Source: Takakia lepidozioides (Eukaryota; Plantae; Bryophyta). Taken from it: a stretch of DNA of 64,000 bases. The stretch lies in assembly GCA_030704615.1 (NCBI GenBank), contig CM060734.1, positions 39,122,001 to 39,186,000 of the forward strand, written 5' to 3'. Positions 22,290 to 35,247 of the stretch are shown here, one piece after another (the stretch's first letter is position 1; every line of letters begins with the position of its first letter). The translations under genes were made by a program, and so were the position numbers. Below the pieces are notes generated by a model. It had not been told where the DNA came from. It searched no databases and saw nothing but the letters and a program-made list of their open reading frames with translations.

Positions 22290-25200
22290 TTTCTCTTGGC
22301 ACCCCATCCGAAAACAACCCAAGTACATCAGGCGGGAGCCGTGGGCGAGACGCCGCCCCCACGGTACCGGACGATGATGACGATGACAGTGATAGTGACA
22401 GTGACAACAACAATGAGCATGGAATTAACCAGGAGGATGTGCAAGCCATGGAGGATCTTTTAATGCATCATGTGGGCGCCGATGCATCCCATGAAGAGGG
22501 AACCCGGCCAATCGATGATCCTGAAATGGCCCCCTCAAATGACATGAAGAGGGTGGCAATAACTCCCTTGTACGAAGGGGCGAAAGTGAGTCGACTTTCA
22601 ACAATCTTATTTTTGCTCAATCTTCAAATTCGATTTGGCACAAGTAATGTTGGGATGTCTGCCATAATGTGAACTATTGCAGACTATATCCTTGCTCCAC
22701 ATTTGAAACCCAAGATGCCACGGTCGCGGAAAGAGGCCCGCGAAGTCTTGGACTCTGTGGGGATGGGCTATAAGATTTTTCATGCATGTCTATGTGATAA
22801 AACCCTATACTACGGAGAGGATTCGCATCTCACCAAGTGCCCAAAGTGCAAGAAAGACCGATATCGGGATGATGTCCAAGGGAAAAAAGTACCACGCAAG
22901 GTATAAGCGCCATTCCCCCTCGCATGGAGATTACTTTCTTTAATCTTCTCAATGTATGTAAAGTGTATTCCACAAAGTTTAGGGTTTAGAGAATAGTACT
23001 CATGCAAGATCTGATTGTGGTTTTGGAAGGAGCGACGTTCGGTTTTGACCATTCACACCCAAATGAGGGAGAGACTGCATAAAGGGAAAGGCATAAAGGT
23101 GTTGTATTATGTGTGCTAATGGGATGATTACATGTGGGGGGCGTGGGGTATTTCATCCTAGAAAATGTATTACTTTCTGATCATCCCGCGATTGAGGGCA
23201 CAGTACCGAAGCCCCGAATTGGCCAGACTCATAAGATGACACGCCTCGCATCGGAGCCCCCCGGGAAAGGTGTGCGGGCCACAAGATTCACAAGCATGGA
23301 GACATATTGAAGAGATGTGGCCTTTTCTCTTGGAGGACCCACGACATGTCCACCTCGGCTTCTCTTCGGATGGGGTCAACCCATTCTCTGTCCAGTCATG
23401 TAGTCATTCCACTTGGCCGGTGACCATGGTGAATTACAACATCCCTCCGTATCTTTCAATTAAAAAAGACCATATCATGTTGGCTGCCATTGTGCCAGGT
23501 GAGTGTACTCATTTCATGTTTATTATTGCCTACATTAAACTTCTGATCTCTGACGCAATTTGGATACAAGATTGATGAGTGACATAATCATGAAGTAAGA
23601 CGTGTAATTCATTTTGTAGTATAATTTGCATATTGGTGGAGCATTGAAACAATGATGTGAATGTCTCATAGGGAAAAAAACAAGTGGCAAACATGGACAC
23701 GTACTTGCGACCTGTTGTTGATGAACTTAAGGAGCTATGGAGGGGGGTCTTGACATTGGATGCTTCACTTGACCCTATGGCCGGACAATCTTTTCAGATG
23801 AGAGACATCTTGCTTTGGACAATGCATGATTATCTAGGTATATTATGTTCCCCATGAACAACCCGTGTACATTCACTTGTCAATGCCGGATAATATCGAT
23901 GAGGATTGGGATTAATTGAAGTAGCGGCGACAGTCTTGTGCATCGTAGTGGGGTAGATGACATTATGGGCCGTGCACATGACAACTTTTTGTTTTTGCTA
24001 ATGTGGCGGGATGTGTAGTACATAACTAACTGTTTGCTCGGGGCTAAGCACCAAAGGGTACCATGCATGTTTGCATTGTGGTGATGATCTTGATGCACAT
24101 AGCTCCCGCCATCTTCACAAGATGGTGTATCCCAACTACCGCAAATTTCTTCCTATGAGCCATCGATGGAGAAGAAGAGAGAAACACTTGTTTGGTGACA
24201 AAGAGGAAGTACGTCCCCCCCTATGACACCGTCCGGGCAGTTTTGGGAGGACCGATGGAAGGAGGCCTATGCGGGCACGGACGGTGAAGTGGACGTGCCC
24301 GACATGAAACGACTTTCAATTTTCTACGAGTTGCCATATTGGGCGGTACATATTCCACAAAAACACCGTCAATATCCCTATGCTTGCATGTGATATTGCA
24401 CATTTGGTATGGGATATATGTAGGACCTGAAGATTCGTCATCTTCTAGATCTTATGCATATTGAGAAGAATGTCTGCTCGTCCCTTTTTCGGGTTCTTCA
24501 TGGTACGCCGGCAAAGAAGGGAGTGGCTGCAAAAGGAGATTCTCCTAGTGTTAGAAAGGAGCTTGAGGAGCAAGGTCGCATGCGCCATCTATGGGCCGAA
24601 CAAAATGGTGTGGACCCAAAGGGTGTTGTACGGTGGAAGTATAGGCGCGCACCTTGACAATGGACAAAGGAGGAATACAAGAAAGTGATAGCCACCATAA
24701 GTGCTGTCCGAACACCAACTGGTTATGGGTCATCCCTCCGTACGAAGTTCAACGAAGAAGACGGGGTCCATGGTTTGAAGTCTCATGACTACCACACTCT
24801 ATTGCAAGACATTTTGCCCATTGCAGTACGTGGGACATTGACTCCCGAGGTTCGTGAGACAATCTATAGTTTGGGAGGCTTGTTCCGGTGGATTTGCTCC
24901 AAAGAGTTGGAAGAAGCAGATTTTCCACGCATGAAGAAGGAGGCGGCGGAGGTAATGTGTATGTTGGAGATGCACCTTCCTTCCTCCTTCTTTGACATCC
25001 AAGATCACTTGGTAGTGCACTTAGTGGAAGAGGCTTTGATTGCCGGCCCCGTTCATTCTCGGTGGATGTACTTCCTTGAGCGTTATATGAAGACTTTGAA
25101 AGGATTTGTAAGACAAATGGCGCACCCGGAGGGTAACATGGCGGAGGGGTATATGTTGCAAGAAGCTATGTTCTATTGCACGGAGTACATGGCAAGGGTG

Positions 25201-25440
25201 GATGATGAAGCCCCTTGGATGTGGAAGGAAGAGGAGGATGCACGAACTAATGACATCGTTTTGCCCAAAAAATCAAAGAGGGTAAAATTGCCGACCTTGG
25301 TGATTGAGCAAGCGCATGACTTCATACTGAAGAACACCCCATCCATACATGAGTGGGAGGCAAGATACAATAATCTTGTTCAGCAACAAGAGAAGGAGAC
25401 GCTTGCATGGAGGCGGAACCATCCAGGCCAGTTACTGCCA
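22290..25440 (+). pseudogene. Spliced CACTA/En-Spm TnpD-like transposase, 5' part
   Basis: HACLCDK..CPKC, SDGVNPF, STWPV, MHDY, DLMHIEKNV, LKSHD, RWMYFLERYMKTLKGFV; GT-AG introns; several stops. Confidence 0.92.
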
Positions 25441-26185
25441 TATCGTCCGGGCAAAACTAGAATTTGTGCGTCTTCCACTCCTTCGACATATATGGCCGAA
25501 TCAAACCTGTGAACGTCGGAGCTGGAGTACCCGCTGAGCCTTTGGCTATCCTGGACTTATACTTTTCATAACTAATGGCCCTCACTGCCGCGCAGCCAAC
25601 TCTAAACCCTGGAGTAGTTCGCTCAATGTGCCATTCGAAGTCAGCACAAGGTGACTCTTGCACTGCCCCCATGTGGTCCTGCTGGAAATCCGCAATTACA
25701 GGGGTTGTAGGTAGAGGACAGGTCTCTGTGGAAGAGGATGCACCAGCAGCCTCTTTCCTACTGGACGCCATACTTTGTAGTGGAGAAATCTTGGGTATAG
25801 AGAAGTTGTCTCTGTCATGGCAATGTGAATCCCCATCTGATCCTGGAGGTGTATTTAGCTTGCGTTTGCAAGTCCTGAGCCTTTCCTCTCCTTCTGGATG
25901 GGGCTCCCTTGATTGGAGAGGCGAGCCCATTGTGCACCTGTTCACTGCCTTTGCCATCATCATTGGATCCCCGGACCTTCTTGCAGCCCTCAACATCAAC
26001 TCTGCTGTATCTGGTCCCTTGCCCCCAGATCGCCCCCTGAGGAAGTCACGATATCTTGTTTGCTGGCTTAGAACTCGTACCAGATCATCTGTTGTAGCAA
26101 TGTACAGCTCTCTTCCTGCTTTGCCAGATTGCAGGCGGCGTGAACGCTTTCCGCCAGGTTGCAGGACGACATGTCTGCAATGTCC
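25441..26185 (-). pseudogene. MULE-like/SWIM protein, middle part (inside inverted segment)
   Basis: CNLAESVH (resembles the Mutator NxxESxH catalytic Glu motif)...WHIER...F*FCPDD; continues at 27907 on the plus strand. Confidence 0.6.
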
Positions 26186-26579
26186 TCAAGGGACATGTCC
26201 TGTGAAAGGAAAATGAAAGAGCGTCATTCAAGCAAGCGCGGACCGTTCTGGGAATAAAGAAAAAAATTGGGCACATACAAGGGATTGCAGAGGTGAAAGC
26301 ACTACAGCAAATTGGGGGGGGGTTGCAACGCCAGCCGCGCCCCCACGCCCCGCGCGGCGCCGAGCATGCGACGCCAACCCCGCGGAGCGTGTTTGCGACG
26401 TCGGGCCGTCGCAGCCAAACCCCGCGGGTCGCCACCTGGCGCCGGGGCCAGGCGGCAACGCCTGGCCGTCGCACGGAGTGATGAAGGGCAAATGGCAGCC
26501 CTTTTGTGAGACGCCCAAGCATCGCCCCCAGCGAAGGGCAGAAGGCAGCCCTTTCTAAACGGCCGGTCGTCGCACGCCG

Positions 26580-26612
<33 letters not shown>

Positions 26613-26954
26613 TCTTGCCATTTCTTTCATCTCAGCCCTTTCTTGCGACGCCAGGCCGTTGCATGGTGGCATGAAGGGAAAAAGGCCCCTGCGCGGCCGG
26701 GCGTCGCAAATTGCCCGGCTGCCCTATTCTTTAAAAAAAAATCGGGTCACAGTGTGTGACGGCTGGCCGTCGCCGATTGCGACCCCCGGCCTCATAAATC
26801 CATTCAAAAAAACAGGTCACAGTTGGCGACGGTTGGCCGTCGCCGTTTGCAACCCCCGGCCTCATAAATCCTAAAAACCACCTCGCAGTTACAATCAATC
26901 GAAGGGATGGGTCCAGTTCGGTGCGAGAATTGTTATGTAGCTTTGATTTTGTGT

Positions 26955-27905
26955 CTAATCAACTTGAACATCATCATCCGGAGCCTCTTCATCCTCATCA
27001 AGCTGCAAGTCTTCTTGGTCATCGGAGTCATCGTCATAAATGGTCCGGCCCTCAAAAGGCACCTCCGAATCATCCTCCACCTCGTTGTCAATGGTCGTGT
27101 CTTCGTCTCCTTCTCCAACATCCGTATCTTCTAGAGCTTCATCATATAGGGTCCATGATGCATTGTCCGGGGTGTCATCATCCTCTTCTACCCCCTCTAC
27201 CCAACCTCCATCATCAGCATCATTATGACCAGTCTCTCCGTCCACTGCAATTGCCTCACCCCTTGGAGATCCGAGACCATGATAGATACGTCTTCCTCTT
27301 GGCTGAGCATGCACAACGACCTTCCAATTCCCCCCTCTTGTTTTGTCATCGGAGAAGAAAACTTGCTCCATGTCTGAAGGCCGTGAAAAAGGCTCATCGG
27401 AGGGACGATGAGTAGGGTTGAGTCTATCTGCATTGACGCGCATGAAACCACAATCATCTTGCACTAGTGTTGCGGAGGGCCCCACAAGATGTGACTGGAA
27501 CCATCTTCCCTTGAAGAGAAGAGGCCGGTACCTTGTATACTGAAGTTGGAGTATGCTCTCAAGCTCTCCAATGTACTCAAGTTTGCTCAGGTCGTGTATC
27601 TCCCTTGCCCCACACGGAGTCTTGCCAATATGTGGCACACAAGCCATAATCAAAGGTTGTTTTGCGCTTCATGTCAAGAGCACGAATGCGGAAATGACGA
27701 CCGTGAACCCAAACCGCCGTGTATGAGGTCGCGAATTGAGAGGGGCCCCTTGCAATGTCTTGCACCAAATCTGAAACCACCTCTCTTTGAGCAACAACGT
27801 CATAAACTAAAGTCCGAAGCCATTGTTGGAATGAACTTAGAGGTTGCAATTCCATGGGAAAATTTTGTGAATGAACATTCCGGCGGCCCGCTCCTCGTCG
27901 TGGGC
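26955..27905 (-). pseudogene. CACTA transposase 3' part (DUF4216-like, acidic tail), inside inverted segment
   Basis: HGRHFRI, YIGELESILQLQY, LFKGRWF, DEPF...QVFFSDD...WKVV. Confidence 0.88.
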
Positions 27906-27906
27906 G

Positions 27907-28520
27907 TCTCGCTGTGTGAATGGTACTGTCCGCGACTCCTGCATTGCTAAGCCTCCCCCACCCACCATGTGGCCAGTGTGGGTGGGAACCTCCCTAACAG
28001 CACTGGAGATTGACAAGTTGGAGGACGCCGGCTTTTATCTGCACCGATCTGTGGCAGCGACTCTTGGTGGTCTTGCTGCTATGGTGCCTCCTCTAGACGA
28101 TACTTCGCATCGCACGAAAATAAATGGCAAAACAGTGCATCGGGTGGCTTCGGGGCCTGATCACGATGCGAAGGTGGAATCGGCCAAACTACTTCAGGCT
28201 CGGGTAACAGGAATTATGGAAGTACCTTCATCTGGGTATAGACGGGTTTATACTTTGGTCACATCTGGGTCTGTTTTGCACGACAGGGCCTACCAGGTGA
28301 CGGTGGGAAATTTTCCGGGGTGTACTTGTCCCAACTTCGTGTGCATGCGTGAGGAAGCTCTAGGAAAGAGAGGGAAATGAGTTCCCTGCAAGCATATTTA
28401 CTACATCTTTTTGCGCAGGATGTATTGTGATCCCAAAAGAGACCAAATCATTCACTAGGCGACACTTGGTCCTAGTGAGGTACGGACACTTTTGCAGCGA
28501 GACATTGGCAATATCGAATA
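27907..28520 (+). pseudogene. MULE-like/SWIM protein, C-terminal part
   Basis: SRCVNG...WPV...CTCPNF...PCKHIYYIF. Confidence 0.8.
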
Positions 28521-28859
28521 GTGTTGCATATGTTGTGATTTTTTGCAATGTCGGAAATGGTTGCCTTGTTTGTAGAACATGTATACACAGTTCTTAAGTC
28601 AGGACAAACAGACGATGTCTCATTATGAAAGGTAGTTTTTTTTTTCATCGGGTTTGGTTTACGAGCCTCTAAAAGTGTGTACGTCAACGCACACCACTTC
28701 TGCACCCACCCCCACCTCCAACATTGCCCCGGGAACCCCAAAAAAAAAAAAAAAAAAAAAAAACTTTGTTTTGTTCGCGGGGCTGCGAAACATGGACAAG
28801 TGTCAGTATGAAAGCTCATTTTATTTTTTGATGGCCTCTACAGAAGCATTGCGTAAATG

Positions 28860-30275
28860 AGCTTCATGATGACCATCTGTTTTTTTTTCCACTTCTTCTT
28901 GAATAACAGGCACCTGAACAAGTTTCACAATGACAGCTCATTTGTTTTCCACGTCCTCTACACAAAAAAACCCTAAATAAGCATTCATGATGACCATATG
29001 ATTTTTTTTTTCACCTCTTCTTCAATAACAGAAACCTGAAGAAGTTTGACAATGATAGAGCTCAAGTTTTTCTTTCACCTCTTCTTCACAAACAAACCCT
29101 AATTTATACATGATGACCATCTGATTTTTTTTTCACCTCTTTTTCAACAACAGAAACCTGAACAAGGTTGACAATGATAGAGCTCAATTTTTTTCACCTC
29201 TTCTTCACAAACAAACCCTAAATAAGCATTCATGATGACCATCTGGTTTTTTTTGCACCTCTTCTTCAATAACAGAAACCTGAAGAAGTTTGACAATGAT
29301 AGCGCTCAAGTTTTTTTTTCACCTCTTTTTCAACAACAGAAACCTGAACAAGATTGACAATGATAGAGCTCCTCTTCTTCACAAACAAACCCTAAATAAG
29401 CATTCATGATGACCATCTGGTTTTTTTTGCACCTCTTCTTCAATAACAAAACCTGAAGAAGTTTGACAATGATAGAGCTCAAGTTTTTTTTTCCACCTCT
29501 TCTTCACAAACAAACCCTAAATAAGCATTCATGATGACCATCTGATATTTTTTTCACCTCTTCTTCAATAACAAAAACCTTAACAAGTTTGAGAATGAGA
29601 GCTCAATTTTTTCACCTCTTCTTCACAAACAAACCCTAAATAAACATTCATAATGACCATCTGATTTCTTTTTTCACCTCTTCTTCAATAACAAAAACCT
29701 GAACAAGTTTGACAATGATAGAGCTTAATTTTTTTTTTTCACCTCTTCTTCAATAACAGAATCCTAAACAAGTTTCACAATGATAGCTCAATGCTTTTTT
29801 TTTTAACCTCTTCTTCACAAAGAAACCCTAAATAAGCATTCACAATGACCATGTTTTTTTTTTTTTCACCTCATCTTCAATAACAAAAACCTGAACCACA
29901 ATAAACCGCTCATTTTGTTACACATCTTCTTCACAAACAAAGCCTAAATAAGCTTGAAGATGACCATCTGTTTAATTTTCACCTCATCTACATTAATAAA
30001 AACCATTGTCTGTTTCACAATGAGAGGTCATATTTTGGGGCTTGTTCTTGCCCATCCTCATTATTTTTAATCTCTCCTTCAATATTTCATCCATCCATCA
30101 TCCATCCACCATAGATGAAATATTGGAAACGTCAGATAGCTTGACAATGAGCATCCAAATTTTTTTTTGCCTCTTGTTCATGCAAGAATCCCTAAGTAAG
30201 ATTCATGATGACTCACCCAACCTTTTTTTTTCACCTCTTCTTCAATAAGAAAACCTCAGTAAATTTCACAATGAC
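28860..30275 (+). repeat. AT-rich tandem array, ~120-bp dimer of two ~60-bp subunits
   Basis: Repeated TTTTTCACCTCTTCTTCA followed alternately by ATAACAGAAACCTGAA...AATGATAGAGCTC or CAAACAAACCCTAAATAAGCATTCATGATGACCATC. Confidence 0.93.
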
Positions 30276-30515
30276 CATTCCATTCTTTCTATACCTTTTT
30301 TTTAAGCGCTATAACTGCTTCCACGACAATAGGACCCTCTCTAAACAAATGACTCGGGTATGGGGCCTGTTTCTTCCTCCACTAAACCCCTGGGCTCACG
30401 CTTAGAGGGCAAAGCGTGAGCCGAGCTCCTGGGCTCACGCGGCTAGGCTCACGCCGTAGCTACGCTCCGGATTCTCTTAGGCATCTCTTGACTTCTAACT
30501 CTGAGATTCAGGGGC

Positions 30516-30790
30516 TTAAGGTTCTTTTCTCCTTGCAGCTGTCTCCTTTGTTCTCTTGTTGGGGAAATTTAATGCTATGTGATCTTCTTCTCCGCAATAG
30601 AGACATAAACCATTTGAGTGCCGTTGTTGTTTTTCTTGTTGCGTCAATGGCTTGAATTGGACAGCATCAATCTGCATATGATCACTATCGGATGTGTGAT
30701 GGATTTTTGTGTTTGGTGCCGTGGTAGCAGCGGCATGGTGTGTCGTCGGCCATCCAGATCGTTTTTCTTGATGTCTTTCGAACAAACTAT
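30516..30790 (-). pseudogene. Ty3/gypsy gag C-terminal fragment
   Basis: MQIDAVQFKPLTQQEKQQR..NGLCLYCGEEDHIA zinc-knuckle region. Confidence 0.8.
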
Positions 30791-31156
30791 TATTGCAGAT
30801 TTCGCATCTTTGTCTCTACAACTATTTATTTATTTATTTATATTCAAAAATTGTAGTGAACTCGGACATGAACGCTTCAAAATTGTATAGTAAATGTGAA
30901 TTTTTTTCTAACAGCGGTGCAAACTAAGATAGGGTAGTGCCTGATAGAAAGGTGCCCACGAATCACATTTGAATCCCTTCATCGGGGTAGCGTTGTTATA
31001 AAAATCACCTTGATTTTTCTTTACCCATCATGTATTCGGCCACGCCGACCTTGACTTCTTGTATAGTCTTATACCTCTAGTCTGATCTCTTGTTTATATT
31101 CAGTCATGTTCTCGTCCCTAACAGTTTGGAGATACTAAAGTTTGTCCTTAGTTAAG

Positions 31157-31435
31157 ATGAAAGACATATTTGCGGAAATGGTCGCTATCTTGCAGAGTCT
31201 CCAGCTCCAGATGCAAGAATTTCGCACCTTTACTGCCCAATTACAAGCTGATCAGTTTCAAGATCTTGGCAACGCTCTCAACAATCTGCAACAACAAATT
31301 TTAGAGTTAAGAGAGTCGAACAGTGGAGCTTCAACCATACGAGTCTCTACTGCGACATCTCCTACTACAACGGTTCCTCCATATCTTCAAAAGATTACGA
31401 GAGAACCAAAGGTCAGCATGCCTGAGAAATTTGAT
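31157..31435 (+). pseudogene. Ty3/gypsy gag N-terminal fragment interrupted by the L1
   Basis: Coiled-coil then REPKVSMPEKFD. Confidence 0.7.
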
Positions 31436-33995
31436 GCCAGAAGTACGTGGTTAATAACGAGAGCTATACCAGCAATGGACAGATGAAGGGAGCTCCAGTA
31501 TGTGAGTTTTCTTTTGAGTTTAGCTAACAACCCCACATCGTTGTTGATCGGAAAGATCATGCCCAAGAAGGTGGCCCAAAAGGTTATGCGCTTGACCAAC
31601 ATTCAACCAACGGAGCCCAAAATCCTGACCCCATGGGTCGCAGTGAGACAACGAAGCAGTTGGCAGTATTTTGGAGAGGATCGCGACCAATTTAGATCAA
31701 TTCACCTTAAGACCAGAGGCCGTGTAAAAGGAGCCAAGGGCATCAAGAGCACAGCGGATATTGGAGGAGGAAGAATTGTCAACAAGAAAGACCACGTCAT
31801 CCGCGTAAATAAAAGATTTAATACACCTCTTTGGTTCACCGCTTCTATATGGTCTTCAGGCTCCTTGATCATCACAAATAAAGGCCTGGTGCGGAGCTTC
31901 CTCTGGGGAGCAACTTCAGCCTCCCCCAAGCGTCACGCGCTTGTGAGCTGGGCTCAAATCACTCAAAAGAAGAAAAATGGGGGTTTGGGGATCATTGATC
32001 CTTTCTCGCAGATCACGGGTCTCTTGGCGAAATGGGTCCTGCAAGTTCTCACTCATATTTTTGCCCCTTGGATTATGCTTGTCTGGAATCACATTCTCTT
32101 TGCCTTTCCAGGCTCTGGCCTTGGTCTCCTTCCCTTCGTTGGATCGTTTAAGGTTGTAAGTTAAGTAAGGGCAGGGCTTCTTGGTCTTGTGCTTGGCAGT
32201 CTGTTTGGGCCGCTTGGACCAAACTCAGGCCGGCCCTGTTTAGCACTCCCCTGCAACCCTTGATGAAGTGCTTAGGCAACCTATTTTTGCTAACTACAAT
32301 TCTGATTCAGAGGCTCTTGTTCAATGTCACAAGAAATAGGCATTTTGGGAGCAAGGTGGTTTTTCTCATTTCTCTAATCATATCTAGAACTTGGGCGACT
32401 TTATCTCCATTTCGGATGTCTGCGTCTCTCTTTCGGCCGCAGAGCCCTTTCCTGGGATAGTATCATATCTCAACTTCTTTCTTCTTGCAGGCTCTCATTC
32501 TGCTCCTCCCTGCTAACCTTTGCTCCCTCCCTATTTGGCTTGCAGGGACTGTTGATTCTTCCACCTTTGCGTTGTATGCCATTCTCAGATATGATCTCCA
32601 GGCCAGTGGCTGGAAATTCTCTGCGGATCCTTCTGGTACTCTATTTTTTCTGTTGTGGTTCTCTTTTCCTGAATTAGAGCTTTACGCTATCAGGGTCTTT
32701 TGCTTGGAATCTTGAACTTATCGACCCTGATCCCCCTAGTATTATCTCTCACTATGCCGCCACCTTTCGTTGGTTTCTCTCTGCCCCCTTGCAGCTGCTT
32801 CAGTTCGACCCCACAGAATGGCAATGGATGTCCAAAAAACACAGCCTTTTTTTGGCTACTGCATTGTCAAACTTGGGTACTCCTTGCTCAATCCTCCAAT
32901 CATTTTCAATTCCAAATGGAAAGGTAAATGGGCTTATCTCAGTGATGCCCCCCTCGACTGGGAGCCCATTTGGAATGATGTGTGGCGGAAGGATAGAGCG
33001 ATTAAGGTAAGTGGCTTTCTCTGGAAAGTGGTGGACAAGATTCTTCATGTCTTTATTTTCATCTCTGACCTCTCCCCCCCTTGCTCCATATACTCTTCAC
33101 AATGCTGCGAGACTATTGAGCACTGTCTTATCAGCTGCCCACTGGCTTCTTCAGTCTGGTTTGCTGCCGCTACCTTCTATGCTCATTGGAAATCTGATTT
33201 ATCTCTTAATCCCTCCATTCTACTTCTGAATTTTCATAGGGGCAGCATTTGGTCCTCATGCCCGGTGTGGGCAGCCCTGAAGAGCCATGTTTTGTGGAAT
33301 ATATGGAAGTGTAGATGCTCCTGGGTCTTCTTGGGCACTCAGCTGTGTGTTAGAGTAGTGATGTTTAGGGTTCACTCAGACATTATGTTTGAAGCTCGTA
33401 AGGCTTGGCGAGTTCTTTGTGCAGCTTTTTCCAGAAGCTAAGAAAGATCACAAATGCAGCTACTCCTTGATCTTGACAACTCCTGGGGAAAAGGGGGAAG
33501 GCTTTGCTCCATAACTTCACATTCAACGATTCTTTGGAATGACAGCCTCACGACAGTTTGGGAGTTCCATTAGCGCTCAACATTCCCCAGCAGAGGGTGA
33601 GGAGTCTGATGTCAACTAGAGACATAAGCGTAGCTTTAGAAAAGGCAGATCCAAAGCTCAGCTTTCTTTTGACACCTCCAAGCATAAAAGGGCCAGTCAA
33701 TGAGGATATCTTCTTTCTAGCTATCCTATCCTTCTCGTGAGCTTTTCAGGTTCTTAGAGCTCCTTTTTGAATTACTTCTCTTCTCCGCAGCAGGCCTTCG
33801 GCCTTCCTATCTTCTTATCTTTTCCCTCCCCCAGCTTGTAGGAATCCTTTCTACACTCTGGTCTTTCGTGTTTTAGGTTACGGGGCAGTGTCCCCTTTCT
33901 CATCCTCATGGTTGTATCTGAGGTTATCTTTTCCTCATATTTTATTAATAAAATTTTGCCAGGGCCTCTGTCCCCTGTTCTCTAAAAAATAATTA
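31432..33995 (+). mobile_element. 5'-truncated L1-type LINE with 5' inversion
   Basis: 31432-31822 minus: YADD...LSIAGIALVINHVLLAS; 31829 onward plus: LWFTASIW...FLW...GGLGI...ETIEHCLISC (zf-RVT-like); A-rich end near 33985. Confidence 0.85.
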
Positions 33996-33999
33996 AAAC

Positions 34000-34890
34000 T
34001 ATGACCCAAGCATAAAGTCAACAGCGCTTACTTGTCCTATCTTTGAAACTCTTAGAAGTAGCACTATGTGGCATTTGTGGAAAGCAAGATGCACTAAGAC
34101 TTTCTCAGGGGAAACTACCTCTACTTACCTCTTCTCTCCTCACTTGCGTTTTCTATGATCTCAGTATTGAAGCCAGGAAAGCTTGGGCAAAGCTGTGTGC
34201 AGAGATCCAACGGAAACCCCTATGCACTGCTACCAGTCATCATAAATTCTGCTCCACTTGGGGGAATCAGGGGCTCAGCGAAACACCAGACTCCTGTACC
34301 TGGACCGAGCTGCCTCCCCCTTCCTGGAGAGGGCTTCGAGCGACACTCCACCGCACCCACCGTATCCCCAGAGTTTGAAAAGGATGTTAATTGGGAACAC
34401 CTTAAGGGTTCCACAAAAGCCTCACTGCTTACTTACACTCAGGGGTAGGCTACTTAGACAAAATCGCTTCCTTCAAGTAATCAAGGTGCCTTGATTACCT
34501 CTCGATAGATTCATTCCTCTTTCTTGGATCATGGTCCATATGAAGATTACGTCCATTGCCAGTTCGGACTCACAGAAAGTTCGAGAAGAACTAGGGTTCA
34601 AACCCACTTTAGTCAATTCAACCTATTTCAGGGGTCAAGATCTTTATTCACTGAATACGGTGTGTGTGCCTCATGGCATAAAATGGGTTTTAATTGTTTT
34701 CCCCGAATAAATAGGAATAACTTGTACGGTGGCTTTTTCGCCGGAACAAAACATTTTATAATAAAGTTAAACAGGGATACAATCCCCCTGTTGTCAAAAA
34801 TAAATAAATAAATAAATAAATTCCAAAATAAAGTTTTCCACGGCCTCTGTCCCCTGTTATTTAAATTTAAATTAAAAAAAAAAAAAAAAC
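34000..34890 (+). mobile_element. Further L1-type 3' fragments with A-rich tails
   Basis: LWHLWKARC...IEARKAW parallels 33290-33410; tails at ~34795 and ~34875, each preceded by CCCCTGTT. Confidence 0.6.
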
Positions 34891-35006
34891 AGACTGTTTC
34901 CCCTGTGACAAAACTGCTTGGGTTTGATTTTTGACCTCAACTATATCGGTGCAAATTGCCATGGTTGAATTTTCTGAGGTGCCACTAACTTTCTAACGGT
35001 CCATTT

Positions 35007-35247
35007 TTTTATTTTTTATTTTTTCAAAGGGAAATACCTAAGAGCTACAGCTCACAAATCAGGCTTGTTGGGAGGGGAGAAAATAACCCCTTTCACAGTA
35101 GCCTCACTGGGAAGGCTTTCGCACGGGACACCGCCCAAGGGAAGGGGGAGAAGAAAATACCACACTCGTCAATGGAGCAGGATTTGACCCCAGAACCATC
35201 TGGGTGGCTCTTAGTGCACTATCCAACTGAGCTACAGACTATTGGTG
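35007..35247 (-). mobile_element. tRNA-derived SINE
   Basis: A box TAGCTCAGTTGG, B box GGTCAAATCC, A-rich tail, TSD CGGTCCATTT (34997-35006 / 35248-35257). Confidence 0.85.

Noticed and set aside
28860-30275. CRISPR-like periodic repeat
   Set aside because: Intervening sequences are themselves repeated, no cas genes, eukaryotic context
35170-35247. tRNA gene
   Set aside because: No convincing cloverleaf; has body, tail and TSD of a SINE (the head at 62985-63050 is likewise not a tRNA)
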